Positions 37,271-48,522 of a stretch of DNA of 64,000 bases are shown piece by piece. The position numbers and the translations under genes are program-made. Below the pieces are notes generated by a model. The model saw only the letters and a program-made list of their open reading frames with translations, ran no database searches and was not told the origin of the DNA. Source of the stretch: Thermoanaerobaculia bacterium. GTDB lineage: Bacteria; Acidobacteriota; Thermoanaerobaculia; UBA5066. Location of the stretch: positions 3,520,001 through 3,584,000 of the forward strand of contig CAVRAY010000001.1 of the NCBI GenBank assembly GCA_963719225.1, read 5' to 3'. Position 1 is the first letter of the stretch, and each line of letters begins with the position of its first letter.

Positions 37271-39088
37271 TCAGGCAGCCCCGTGCCCGGAGGTCCGGAA
37301 GCACCCGGCGCAGCAGGCCGGAGAGGGGCTCTCGAACATCGCCTCGCGGACGAGTCGGACTCTTCGGCCGTTCCAGATCTCTTCGTGAGGGTCGTGCGGC
37401 ACCCGACCGAGAAGGATTTCATTCGTCTTCTGGATGCAGCAGACGAACGCGTCTCCGTGCACGTTGAAGAGGAGCCTCTTCCACGGCTCGACGCACACCG
37501 GCGACGGAGTACCCGTCGTGGGACTCTCGGCCGCCCGGGGAGCCGCTGACGACTCGCTCGAGCGTGCCGTTCCGTAGACGATCTCGCAGTTGAACTCGAG
37601 GCCCAGCGAGCGGGCGCGCTCTCGGGCAAGGCCCAGGAGCTCGTCTCGCCGGCTCTCGCCCGCGAGCTCCTGCTCGCGGTAGTCGAAGACGAAACCGTCG
37701 GGCGCCACGACGCGTTGGGAGCCGCCCGGCTGGATCTCCTGGAACATCACCCGGTCCACGCCGAGCTTCGCCGCCAGCTCGACGAAGGCCGGGGCCTCCG
37801 GCAGGTTCAGCCTCATGAGCGTCATGTTGATTTCGATCGCGGGAGACGGGCTTCCCGCGGCGTCCCGGATCTCGCGAAGGTTCCGAATCCTCGAGAGGAG
37901 AGTCTCGAAATCCCGGCGCCGCCTGATCCTCAGATAAGTCTGGGCGGTCGCCGCGTCCAGTGAGATCGAGATCCAGCCGAGCTTCTGCTCGACGAGCCGC
38001 CGGCTCATGGCCGTCGTCAGAAGATGTCCGTTCGAGTTGAAGCCGAGGAGAGCGGGTGAGGAGCGGAGTGCCTCTATGAGGTCGGCGAGGAAGGGATAGA
38101 GAAGTGGCTCGCCGGCCCCGTGGAGGCCGACGATGCGAGCCTGGCGAAGGAGAGGAAGGAGAGAGCGCCACGTCTCGGGGTCCATGTCATGACGAGGTGC
38201 GGCCCCTTCGACTCCCGCGTATCCACACATCGCGCACGCCGGAACGATGTTGCAGCGGGTCGTGAGCTCCAGCCAGATCTCCTCGGGAGAAGAGGCGGCG
38301 AGACTTCGGCCCGTGGCCGGGGTCCCCGCATGCCTGAGCCAGCTCTTGCGTTCCCGAACGATCGTCACGGCCTCGTACTCGGAGGACGAGGCGATCTCCT
38401 CGCGGAGGTGGTTGCGGCGAAGGAAACCATGGCCGAGCTTCCAGGTTCCAACGGCGAGCGCGCCGACGTCGGGAGGGCGGCAAAGCATCTCCTCGTAAAT
38501 GCGGGCCATGAACGCGTCCTCGCCCTCCCCGGTCGCGAATCGCCTGATCGCGGAATCCAGCCGGTTCACGGTGCGCCGCCAGGGAGGCGTCAGGGCTCGA
38601 TACTCGGGGGACGAGGCGATCTCCTTGCGGAGGCGGTTGCGGCGAACGAATCCCAGGCTGAGGTTTCCCGTTCCGGCGGCGAGCGCGCCTGCGTCGGGAG
38701 GGCGGCAGAGCATCCTCTCGTAGAGGCGGGTCATGAACGCTTCGTCGCTCTCGCCGGACGCGAATCGCCTGATCGCGGAATCGAGCCGGTTCAGGGAGCA
38801 CTTCCAGGCGAGCCGGGTCACGATGCGCTGCCAGAGAGTCAGGGCTCGATACTCGGAGGACGAGGCGATCTCCTTGCGGAGGCGGCTGCGACGAAGGAAA
38901 CCACGGCTGAGTTTCCAGGTTCCCGCGGCGCGCGCGCCCCCGTCGGGAGGGCGGCGGAGCATCCTCTCGTAGAGGCGGGTCATGAACGCGTCGTCGCTCT
39001 TTTCGGACGCGAAGCGTCTGATCGCGGAATCCAGCCGGTTCAGTGAGCGCTTCCAGAGAGGCACAGGCACGTGGCGTCGCGCCTCCAA
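37271..39088 (-). CDS. Radical SAM/SPASM-like protein with three N-terminal DUF4214-like repeats
   Basis: CNIVPACAMC, GAGEP, SNG, ISLD; C-terminal C..PW...GD...CC...CC.GC; start uncertain. Confidence 0.85.
   Translation of the reverse strand: MEARRHVPVPLWKRSLNRLDSAIRRFASEKSDDAFMTRLYERMLRRPPDGGARAAGTWKLSRGFLRRSRLRKEIASSSEYRALTLWQRIVTRLAWKCSLNRLDSAIRRFASGESDEAFMTRLYERMLCRPPDAGALAAGTGNLSLGFVRRNRLRKEIASSPEYRALTPPWRRTVNRLDSAIRRFATGEGEDAFMARIYEEMLCRPPDVGALAVGTWKLGHGFLRRNHLREEIASSSEYEAVTIVRERKSWLRHAGTPATGRSLAASSPEEIWLELTTRCNIVPACAMCGYAGVEGAAPRHDMDPETWRSLLPLLRQARIVGLHGAGEPLLYPFLADLIEALRSSPALLGFNSNGHLLTTAMSRRLVEQKLGWISISLDAATAQTYLRIRRRRDFETLLSRIRNLREIRDAAGSPSPAIEINMTLMRLNLPEAPAFVELAAKLGVDRVMFQEIQPGGSQRVVAPDGFVFDYREQELAGESRRDELLGLARERARSLGLEFNCEIVYGTARSSESSAAPRAAESPTTGTPSPVCVEPWKRLLFNVHGDAFVCCIQKTNEILLGRVPHDPHEEIWNGRRVRLVREAMFESPSPACCAGCFRTSGHGAA
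38366..39055 (-). repeat. Three intragenic direct repeats (spacing 249 and 225 bp)
   Basis: ctgatcgcggaatc(c/g)agccggtt at 38544, 38769 and 39018; unit NRLDSAIRRFA..AFM.R.YE.ML.RPPD...EIASS.EY. Confidence 0.92.
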
Positions 39089-39191
39089 ATTTCCTACGAT
39101 ACAAAGAACCGACCCGAAAGAGAGGATCGGTGATGCATCTGCGTCATGAAGTCGCGGGGGCCCCGCGCCGCACCGGACCTATATTCAACGG

Positions 39192-39782
39192 ATGAAACAC
39201 ACGCCGCTGATTCTCACCGTGGTTCTCGCCCTGCCCGCAACGGCGCAGGAACGGATTCCGGGCGCCGACCAGCACGTGACGGTGCCGGGGGCGCCCGGCC
39301 AGGCCAACAAGGAGGTCCTCGTGCGGCCGAGCGACACGATGACGCAGGCGAGCTGCGGGCGGATCCTGCAGGGGCAGCGGGCGACCGCCTCGAGAGCCCC
39401 GCGGGTGAGCGTGCGGGCGGGAGGCGCCTACGCCCCGCCGGACCCCGGAGCGTCCGGGGACGCCGCTTACGCGGCTCCGGCCCCGAGCGGCCCGTTGGGC
39501 CCCGCCGTGGTCGGCGCGGCCTACGTGACCCTGCGGGGAACCGTGAAGACCTATGGGAAGAACACGATCACGATTCTCGAGAAGAGCGGCCGCGAGCGTC
39601 AGGTCGCGCTCTCGCCACGCGCTCTCGTGTGCAAGGGCCTCAAGCCGGGAGACGAGGTGACCTTGCGGGTCCCGTTCGACGAGGGCAGCGACTGCCGCAC
39701 CGCCGACCGCGTGGAGCGCCCGCCCGCGCCCGGTGCGGTACCGAAGTCGAAGTTCTCGCAGGCACAGTCGCCGGGGATCTGA
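39192..39782 (+). CDS. Exported hypothetical protein
   Basis: Signal peptide; C-terminal GTV....ITI...LKPGDEV (OB-fold/DUF5666-like). Confidence 0.65.
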   Translation: MKHTPLILTVVLALPATAQERIPGADQHVTVPGAPGQANKEVLVRPSDTMTQASCGRILQGQRATASRAPRVSVRAGGAYAPPDPGASGDAAYAAPAPSGPLGPAVVGAAYVTLRGTVKTYGKNTITILEKSGRERQVALSPRALVCKGLKPGDEVTLRVPFDEGSDCRTADRVERPPAPGAVPKSKFSQAQSPGI

Positions 39783-39874
39783 CCCGCAGCAACCCTTCAC
39801 GAAGGAGAATCCAGAAAATGGACTGCGTGTTCGTCGAGCTCAAGGAGCCGAGCTCCTGAACGGAAGGGTTGTGG

Positions 39875-40945
39875 TCAGGGGCACTTCGTCTGCCCGGTGA
39901 TCCGCAGGATCACGAATTCCGCCGGCCGAACGGCAGCGACTCCCACGATCACCACGAACCGCCCCAGGTCGACGTCGGCTTGCGTCATCGTCGTCTTGTC
40001 GCAGCGGACGAAGAATGCCTCTTCCGCCGTTCGGCCCACGAGCGCGCCCGACTTCCAGACATTCAGCAAGAAGTCGTCGATGCGCAGGCGCACGGTCGCC
40101 CAGAGCGTCGGACCATTCGGCTCGAATACGGCCCACTGCAAACCCTGGCTGAGTGAGCGCTCGATGAAAATTGCCAGGCGGCGGACACTGACGTACTTCC
40201 ATTCCGGATCCTGACTGGTGGTGCGCGCGCCCCAGACCTCGTACCCCTGGCCGGGAAGGAACCTCAGCACGTTGATCCCGCGAGCCGACAGAACATCCGA
40301 CTCGGCCGAACTGACTTGCCGCGAAAGGCCCGTCACTCCGATCAGCGGTACACCAGCCGGCGCCGCCCAGACGCCTTTTTGTGAATCCACGCGCGCGTAG
40401 ACCCCGGCGACGTGACCACCCGGAGGGACCGTGACGCTCGTGACTCCGTCCGGCCCTACGACGGTCACCCACGGGTAACAGTACGCCGCATACGAGGAGT
40501 GCACCGGAACATCGTGGCTCGCGGCCGGCATCACGGGCTGCGGAGACTGCAGGATGCAGATGCGGTCTTTGCGCAGCTCACAGTGCGCAGCCATCACGGC
40601 CGCTGAGTTCGGAAGACGACTCTCGTCGGGACAGCACAGGATCGAGATCCCTTCTGGCGCCAGAGCGTCGAGTCCAGCCTGCAACGTGTCAGTGGGAGAG
40701 ATGAGAGCGACGTAGCAGCGGGTTCCGCCGTTTTCGAAGAAGCCTCTCACGGCGATGGGAAGATTTCCGGTTGCGCTGCTCCCAATCGCGCGCTCGAATT
40801 CCGCAACACTCGTAAGAGCCACGGCTAAAGACGCCTGTTTTCCAACTCCGACGAACCCCGCGATGCTCGTGGAAACTCCCTGGATGGGGTGAGGCTGCGC
40901 CGGCAATTCGTCGATATAGACACCTGGTGCAAGATATTCAGGCAT
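39875..40945 (-). CDS. Contractile tail sheath family protein (eCIS/Afp-PVC-like), orphan
   Basis: MPEYLAPGVYIDE, GFFENGG, GVWAAPAG, WGART, YVSVRR, WAVFEPN, EAFFVRCD, PAEFV; GAGG RBS. Confidence 0.92.
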   Translation of the reverse strand: MPEYLAPGVYIDELPAQPHPIQGVSTSIAGFVGVGKQASLAVALTSVAEFERAIGSSATGNLPIAVRGFFENGGTRCYVALISPTDTLQAGLDALAPEGISILCCPDESRLPNSAAVMAAHCELRKDRICILQSPQPVMPAASHDVPVHSSYAAYCYPWVTVVGPDGVTSVTVPPGGHVAGVYARVDSQKGVWAAPAGVPLIGVTGLSRQVSSAESDVLSARGINVLRFLPGQGYEVWGARTTSQDPEWKYVSVRRLAIFIERSLSQGLQWAVFEPNGPTLWATVRLRIDDFLLNVWKSGALVGRTAEEAFFVRCDKTTMTQADVDLGRFVVIVGVAAVRPAEFVILRITGQTKCP

Positions 40946-40956
40946 GGATCCTCAAC

Positions 40957-41169
40957 CTAAACGTCTTCGGGCTTGAGGCCGGTCGCGCGGCCGATACGGG
41001 CGAGCGCTTCGGGCGGGAGTGTTCGCCTGTCGTGGAAGGCGAACGTGTAGTCCGGTCAGCCGGGGCGTGAGAGGACACGGTGCGAGCCTGCCGTGCGCTT
41101 GATGTCCCAGCCGGTGCGGAGAAGGGCGGCGAGGACCTTCTTAGCCTTGGCCGAAGGCCAACGGCTCAC
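40957..41169 (-). pseudogene. hicA: HicA-family toxin with in-frame TGA at codon 38
   Basis: Manual translation MSRWPSAKAKKVLAALLRTGWDIKRTAGSHRVLSRPG*PDYTFAFHD...GLKPEDV; GSH motif; GTGA overlap with hicB. Confidence 0.85.
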
Positions 41170-41384
41170 GCAGCGGCGCGCCTGACGAACGAGACCGTCA
41201 TCTCGTCGGCCTTGGCTTCGCCGTGCTCTAGCCGGTCGGCGAGGATGCGGAAAGCTAGGGCCTCTACCTTGGCGAGCGCCCTACCCTTCGTCCGCTCCAC
41301 GGCCATGCAGCCGGGCAGCTCCAGGACTTCCGCGACCCATTCGCCGGACGACGCGGACTTCTCGATCTCCACCGTAAGCGTCAT
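41166..41384 (-). CDS. hicB: HicB-family antitoxin
   Basis: VEIE....WVAEV.ELPGC....T...A. Confidence 0.85.
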   Translation of the reverse strand: MTLTVEIEKSASSGEWVAEVLELPGCMAVERTKGRALAKVEALAFRILADRLEHGEAKADEMTVSFVRRAAA

Positions 41385-41426
41385 TCGACGGCGATTCTAC
41401 CCTCGGTCGCGCTGAGCCAGGATGTA

Positions 41427-41502
<76 letters not shown>

Positions 41503-41577
41503 TCTTTTCCGAAGGGAACGGCAGTGTAGAGAGGGGCGCGACCGGCGTCAAACGCGGCCGAAACGAGAGGCCGGGGT

Positions 41578-42816
41578 TCAGCGCGTGGAGATCTCGACGT
41601 CGATCTCCGCCGAAGGTGCGGCGGCATGCTCCTGGAACGCGTCCGCGCGCTGGTCCTTGGCCTTCTCGTCGCGCAGGACGCCGTCGGCGACGGATACGAC
41701 CGGAGCGAAGACGAGGCCGCGCACGAACTCGAGGAGCGCGGGCTGCACGGGACGCGCGTCGAGCGCGCGCACCGACGTCACCCGGCCTTCGGCGTCGAGC
41801 GTGATGCGGAACGCGGACACCTGCGTCGAGGCGACCGAGGGTCGGCCCTCGGGGGCGCGGCGCAGCATCCAGCGCCGCGCGCCCTCGCCGCGCACGACGA
41901 CGGACCAGGCGCGGGCGGGCTCGGCCTTACCTCCGACCGCACCCACGGCTTTGGCAGCAGGAGCCGGGGCGTTCGCAACCTGGCTCGCGTCGGCATCGAC
42001 AGCCGGCGCGGCCGCCGCCGCGGCCTGTCGCCGCGGCTGAGCGGCTCCGGCATCGCTTTCGGTCTTCGAGAGCTTCTGCCGCAGCTTGTCCTGAGTGTCC
42101 TGCTTGTATCCCCTCTCCTCGGAAGCTGCCTCGTTCGCAGCGATGACGGAAGCGGCCGGCTGCTCGTTCAGCTTCTTCTTCGACTCGACCTTCTCCGCGT
42201 CCGCCGGCTGGTCCTCTCGCCTCGTTTGCAGCTTCCCTTCCAGCCTGTTATTCGGCGCGCTCGCGACGACGGAATCCGGCGTGCGCTCGGCAGGCGGTGC
42301 GGGCGCAGCCGGCGCGGCGAGGCTCCGGCTTCGCGCGGACTCCTTCAGCGCTTCTTTCGGAGCCTCCGGCTCAGGACGCTTCGCGGGGCTTTGTCCCTCT
42401 CGGCCTTCCGTCAGGAAGACGGAGACCGGCCCTTCCACGCGGCGCTGGGGCGCCGGCCTGAGGACGGCGATCCCGACGGCCACGATCCCGAGAAGCGCCA
42501 TCGCCCCGATGGCCATCCCGGGCGGCGGATAGAAACCGAATCGATGGAAGACGGAGCCGCCGCGCCCGCCCTTTTCGGCCACGTTCGAGTTCACGCGCGT
42601 CGCCAGAGCGAAAGGCGGCGCGGGAACGGGCAGATCGCGCGTCTCGGTGACGATGCGCTGGAGCTCCTCCTTGCGGCGCGCGGCGGCCGGGTCGTGCGCA
42701 AGGAGGGTCTCGAGATCGTGCTCCTCTTCCGGCGAGAGGTCGCCGTCCAGGGATCGCGACAGCAGGAGGTCGAGGTCCTCGTCGGAAAGCCGCGGAACGA
42801 ACGGACGGGCGCTCAC
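41578..42816 (-). CDS. Putative anti-sigma factor (membrane-spanning)
   Basis: GTGA overlap with the ECF gene; LLS..LDGDL...E N-terminal helix, one TM helix, extracytoplasmic tail. Confidence 0.72.
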   Translation of the reverse strand: MSARPFVPRLSDEDLDLLLSRSLDGDLSPEEEHDLETLLAHDPAAARRKEELQRIVTETRDLPVPAPPFALATRVNSNVAEKGGRGGSVFHRFGFYPPPGMAIGAMALLGIVAVGIAVLRPAPQRRVEGPVSVFLTEGREGQSPAKRPEPEAPKEALKESARSRSLAAPAAPAPPAERTPDSVVASAPNNRLEGKLQTRREDQPADAEKVESKKKLNEQPAASVIAANEAASEERGYKQDTQDKLRQKLSKTESDAGAAQPRRQAAAAAAPAVDADASQVANAPAPAAKAVGAVGGKAEPARAWSVVVRGEGARRWMLRRAPEGRPSVASTQVSAFRITLDAEGRVTSVRALDARPVQPALLEFVRGLVFAPVVSVADGVLRDEKAKDQRADAFQEHAAAPSAEIDVEISTR

Positions 42817-43418
42817 GAGAGCTTCTCCCTCAGGATCGCGCGGCCGCGCGCGAGGCGGCTGCGCACGGTTCCGATCGGAACGGAAAGCACCTCGGCGACC
42901 TCGTCGTACGAGAGCCCCTCGAGGTCGCGCAGGAGGACGGCCATGCGGAACTCCTCCGGGAGCTCGCGGATCGCGGCGCGCAGGCGCGTGCGGCGCTCCT
43001 TGAGAACGGCGTTTTCCTCGGGCGTCGAGGAGGGGTCGGCGGCGTCGTCGAGGCTCGCGAAAGGATCGTCCTCCCGCGCGCGGCCCGAGATGAAGACTGC
43101 CCTGAGCCGGCCGAGCGTGCCGTGGCGGGCGCGGGCGCGGTTGAGCGCGATCGCATAGAGCCACGTCTTCAGGCTCGAGTCGCCGCGAAAGTTCCCGAGT
43201 CCGTGATAGGCGCGCAGGAACGTCTCCTGGACGACGTCCTCGGCTTCCGTCGGGCCCACGACCCGCGCGGCGAGCGAGAACACCATCGTGGAGTAATGGC
43301 GGACGATCTGCTCGAACCCGAGGATGTCGCCGGCAAGGAATCGGCTCAGGGCCCGCTCGTCGCCGGGCCAGTCGCGTTCTCCCGTGTACGGATACGCGGA
43401 GGCCGTCACGGTCGCCAT
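42813..43418 (-). CDS. ECF sigma-70 factor
   Basis: AEDVVQETFLRAY, TWLY.IA.N, LSY.EVAE.L..PIGTVRSRL.RGR; GGGAGA RBS. Confidence 0.93.
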   Translation of the reverse strand: MATVTASAYPYTGERDWPGDERALSRFLAGDILGFEQIVRHYSTMVFSLAARVVGPTEAEDVVQETFLRAYHGLGNFRGDSSLKTWLYAIALNRARARHGTLGRLRAVFISGRAREDDPFASLDDAADPSSTPEENAVLKERRTRLRAAIRELPEEFRMAVLLRDLEGLSYDEVAEVLSVPIGTVRSRLARGRAILREKLS

Positions 43419-43512
43419 TCTCCCATGCGGATCTTCTCCCCGAGGCACGGCGAAGGCGAGAATGCGGGCGGCCATCGCACGTTGGACCCCGCGGCCGGCC
43501 GGAAGTTCCCGG

Positions 43513-43959
43513 CTACGGACGGCCGCGAAGCGCGGCAGCGGTCACCCGGTGCCGGTACGCGAACATCCGCTCGACGTCGGGCCTCACGAGGGCCTTTTCG
43601 GCGAGCCCTCCTCCGATGGCGGCCAGGGGCACCCGGTACGCCACGCGGTCGAGGAGGCGGCCCTCGAAGAACAGATGCTCGTGCCGCCACGAGGCGAACG
43701 GCCCCTTCTCCTGCACGTCCACGAACCGCGTCTCGGGCTCCCACGCCTCGATCACGGAGATCCACGTGAGCCAGACGCCGAACTGCCTGATCTCGAGGAC
43801 GACCCGCGCGCCGGCGAGCATCTCCTTCGGCCGCGTCACGACCCGGATCTTCTTCTCGGGCGGCGTCAGGCGCTCCAGCACCGAGGGATCGCGGTGAAAC
43901 TCCCAGAGGGCGCTGCGGGTCACTCCGGGAAGATCGAGCGGAAACTCGAGGATCGGCAT
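43513..43959 (-). CDS. SRPBCC family protein
   Basis: W.FH......RLTPP, FVD.Q.KGPF..W.HEH.F, F.YRH. Confidence 0.85.
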   Translation of the reverse strand: MPILEFPLDLPGVTRSALWEFHRDPSVLERLTPPEKKIRVVTRPKEMLAGARVVLEIRQFGVWLTWISVIEAWEPETRFVDVQEKGPFASWRHEHLFFEGRLLDRVAYRVPLAAIGGGLAEKALVRPDVERMFAYRHRVTAAALRGRP

Positions 43960-44201
43960 GCCGTGCAGGCTACCTCCGGGCTGTCCCGGGGATTTGACTT
44001 GCGCCTCGCGAGCGTGGTGTCATATCGGCGTTCGCTACTCCCTCTCTCCCTTTCTCGACTTGAAGAAATCGGCGGAGCGGGCCGTGAACCCATAAGGTCC
44101 CCGTCGTCGCGTGTTTCGTTCCCACCATCTCCCGAACCCGCTTTCCGCCTTGTAAGCGGTCAGCCCTACAGATCGCAAATGCTGCGAAGGATTCTCATTC
44201 C

Positions 44202-44519
44202 ATGAAGCTTTACGTCGGAAACCTTTCCTACTCCGTCAACGACAACACGCTCCGCTCCATCTTCGAGGCGTACGGCGCCGTCGAGTCGGCCCGCGTCATC
44301 TCGGACCGCGACACCGGCCAGTCCAAAGGCTTCGGCTTCGTCGAGATGTCCGACGCCGACGGCCAGAAGGCCATGGGCGCCCTGAACGGCCAGGAGCTCG
44401 AAGGCCGCGCCCTCCGGGTGAACGAAGCGCGTCCCCAGGAGCCCCGCACGGGTGGCGGCGGCGGCGGCCGGGGCGGATACGGCGGCGGGGGCGGCGGCGG
44501 ATACGGCCGCGGCCGCTAA
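44202..44519 (+). CDS. RRM RNA-binding protein with Gly-rich tail
   Basis: RNP2 LYVGNL and RNP1 KGFGFVEM; GGGGRGGYG tail. Confidence 0.95.
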   Translation: MKLYVGNLSYSVNDNTLRSIFEAYGAVESARVISDRDTGQSKGFGFVEMSDADGQKAMGALNGQELEGRALRVNEARPQEPRTGGGGGGRGGYGGGGGGGYGRGR

Positions 44520-44562
44520 CCGAGCCGAACCGTTCTCGCGCTCCACTCCGCCTTCATTTTGC

Positions 44563-44591
44563 TTGACTCTCCGAGTCACGAGCTTTAGCGT
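44563..44591 (+). promoter_or_regulatory. Sigma70-type promoter of the met leader
   Basis: TTGACT-N17-TAGCGT ending 9 nt before the leader ATG. Confidence 0.65.
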
Positions 44592-44600
44592 CCGTCGAAC

Positions 44601-44735
44601 ATGCTGAACCGCCTCTCGCCCGCTTTCCCTGGCGCGACCGACGTCGCGGCGGTTCGAATTTGCATGTGCATGTGCTCGATGTCCGGCGCTCCTTCGCGGG
44701 AGACGGACGGAGGCTTCGCGAGGTCCGGCACGTAA
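44601..44735 (+). CDS. Putative Cys/Met-rich leader peptide (44 aa)
   Basis: MLNRLSPAFPGATDVAAVRICMCMCSMSGAPSRETDGGFARSGT*; TGC ATG TGC ATG TGC TCG ATG at 44661-44681. Confidence 0.78.
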   Translation: MLNRLSPAFPGATDVAAVRICMCMCSMSGAPSRETDGGFARSGT

Positions 44736-47230
<2,495 letters not shown>

Positions 47231-47834
47231 TGAGAAGGCCCGTTCCCGACATGCCGGTCCTGCCGGCGCTCGCGAGATCGCCGCTCTCCACGGCCGGCCC
47301 CAGATTGAACGGTGCGGGCTCGCCGATGGTGAGGATCTCGTCGTCGTCGAGCTTCAGGACGGGCCGCGCCCGCGGCTCCGGCTTTTCACCGCCGACCGGA
47401 CGCGGGTCCGAGTAGCCGAAGACGTCGATCGCCTCCTTGAGGCCGATGAGCTTCGGGGGTGTCGCGAGCGACGCGCCCGTGATGATGAACGGCACGGCGC
47501 TCTTCGCGATCGTCTTGCCGCCGCTCACGATTTCGAGGAAGGCGCTGCCCGAAATGCCCGGCGGCACGACGAAGACCGACACGCCCTCCGCCTCCTTGAT
47601 GACGCCCACGGTTCTTCCGCCGAAGCGGAGCTGTGCTCCAGCGGGGACGCCCGACTTCACGATGATGCGTCCGCCCACGGGTCCCACTTTCGGCTCGAAC
47701 TCGAGCCGCCCTTCGGCGCCGACGACGGCGGCGGCGAAGAGGACCGCGACGAGGGACAGGAGCACGCGCCTCACCCAACGACTCTACGCTCCGGCGTCGT
47801 GAGCTGCAAACGCGTCGTGAGAGGATAGGGGCGC

Positions 47835-48515
47835 GTGGCGGCCTTTCCGCTGGCCCTCGTCTTGGGCTTTCTCGCCGGATTCCTCGGGGCCATTCCGCCG
47901 GGACCTCTCGGCGTCACGTGCCTGAGGAAGAGCCTCCACGGCGAGCACCGCGACGCCTATCGCGTGGCGCTCGGAGGGGCGAGTATCGATGCGTTCATCT
48001 GCGCTCTCATCGGGCTCGGCCTCGGCTGGATCCTCGAGAAGGTCGTGACGAACCCCTGGGTGCGCGGCACGCTCGCCCTGTTTCTCGTGGGCTACGGCGC
48101 GAAGCTGCTTTTCATCGACGCGCGCCGCGACGCCGAGCGCCTGGAGCCGGTACGTTCGCGTCTCGACTTCATCCCGCCGCCGGTCTCCGAGCCGCCGCGG
48201 CCGGGGCGGCTGCGGCTGCCGGTCCTCACCGGTCTCCTCCAGGGCGCCGCGAACCCCGCGCTCTTCGTGAACTGGACTCTCTTCATCTCCTTCCTCGTCG
48301 GCCACCGGCTCCTCGTTCCGACCGCGGCCGGCGCCGGCGGCTTCGCCCTCGGCGTCGGCCTCGGCGTCTTCACGTGGTTCGCGACCCTCATCCAGCTCGT
48401 GGACCGCTGGCGGAGTCGCGCGGGAAAATGGGTCTCCCGCTCGACGCTCGCGGCAGGCGCGCTGCTCTTCCTTTTCGGTGTCTATTTCACGTGGCGGACC
48501 TTCACCACGTCATGA
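47835..48515 (+). CDS. LysE-family translocator
   Basis: GAIPPGP, G....D, G......NP; about six TM helices. Confidence 0.8.
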   Translation: MAAFPLALVLGFLAGFLGAIPPGPLGVTCLRKSLHGEHRDAYRVALGGASIDAFICALIGLGLGWILEKVVTNPWVRGTLALFLVGYGAKLLFIDARRDAERLEPVRSRLDFIPPPVSEPPRPGRLRLPVLTGLLQGAANPALFVNWTLFISFLVGHRLLVPTAAGAGGFALGVGLGVFTWFATLIQLVDRWRSRAGKWVSRSTLAAGALLFLFGVYFTWRTFTTS

Positions 48516-48522
48516 GGCGACG

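Noticed and set aside
38366-39055. CRISPR array
   Set aside because: The repeats are long, in-frame coding units without unique spacers; no array or cas gene was seen anywhere in the window.
39843-39860. att-site duplicate of the tRNA-Thr 3' end (ggagccga)
   Set aside because: Only an 8-nt match in GC-rich DNA; compatible with chance.
39781-39876. Mini-ORF MDCVFVELKEPSS flanked by a 9-bp inverted repeat (caacccttc/gaagggttg)
   Set aside because: May be a gene remnant or weak hairpin between convergent genes, but too short to support a call.
41056-41058. Selenocysteine codon in hicA
   Set aside because: The position is not a redox Cys site and Trp is the likelier ancestral residue; a nonsense mutation is simpler.
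43990-44201. Structured ncRNA or promoter upstream of the RRM gene
   Set aside because: A TTGACT is present but no well-spaced -10 or recognisable RNA family; may be a long 5' UTR, unsupported.
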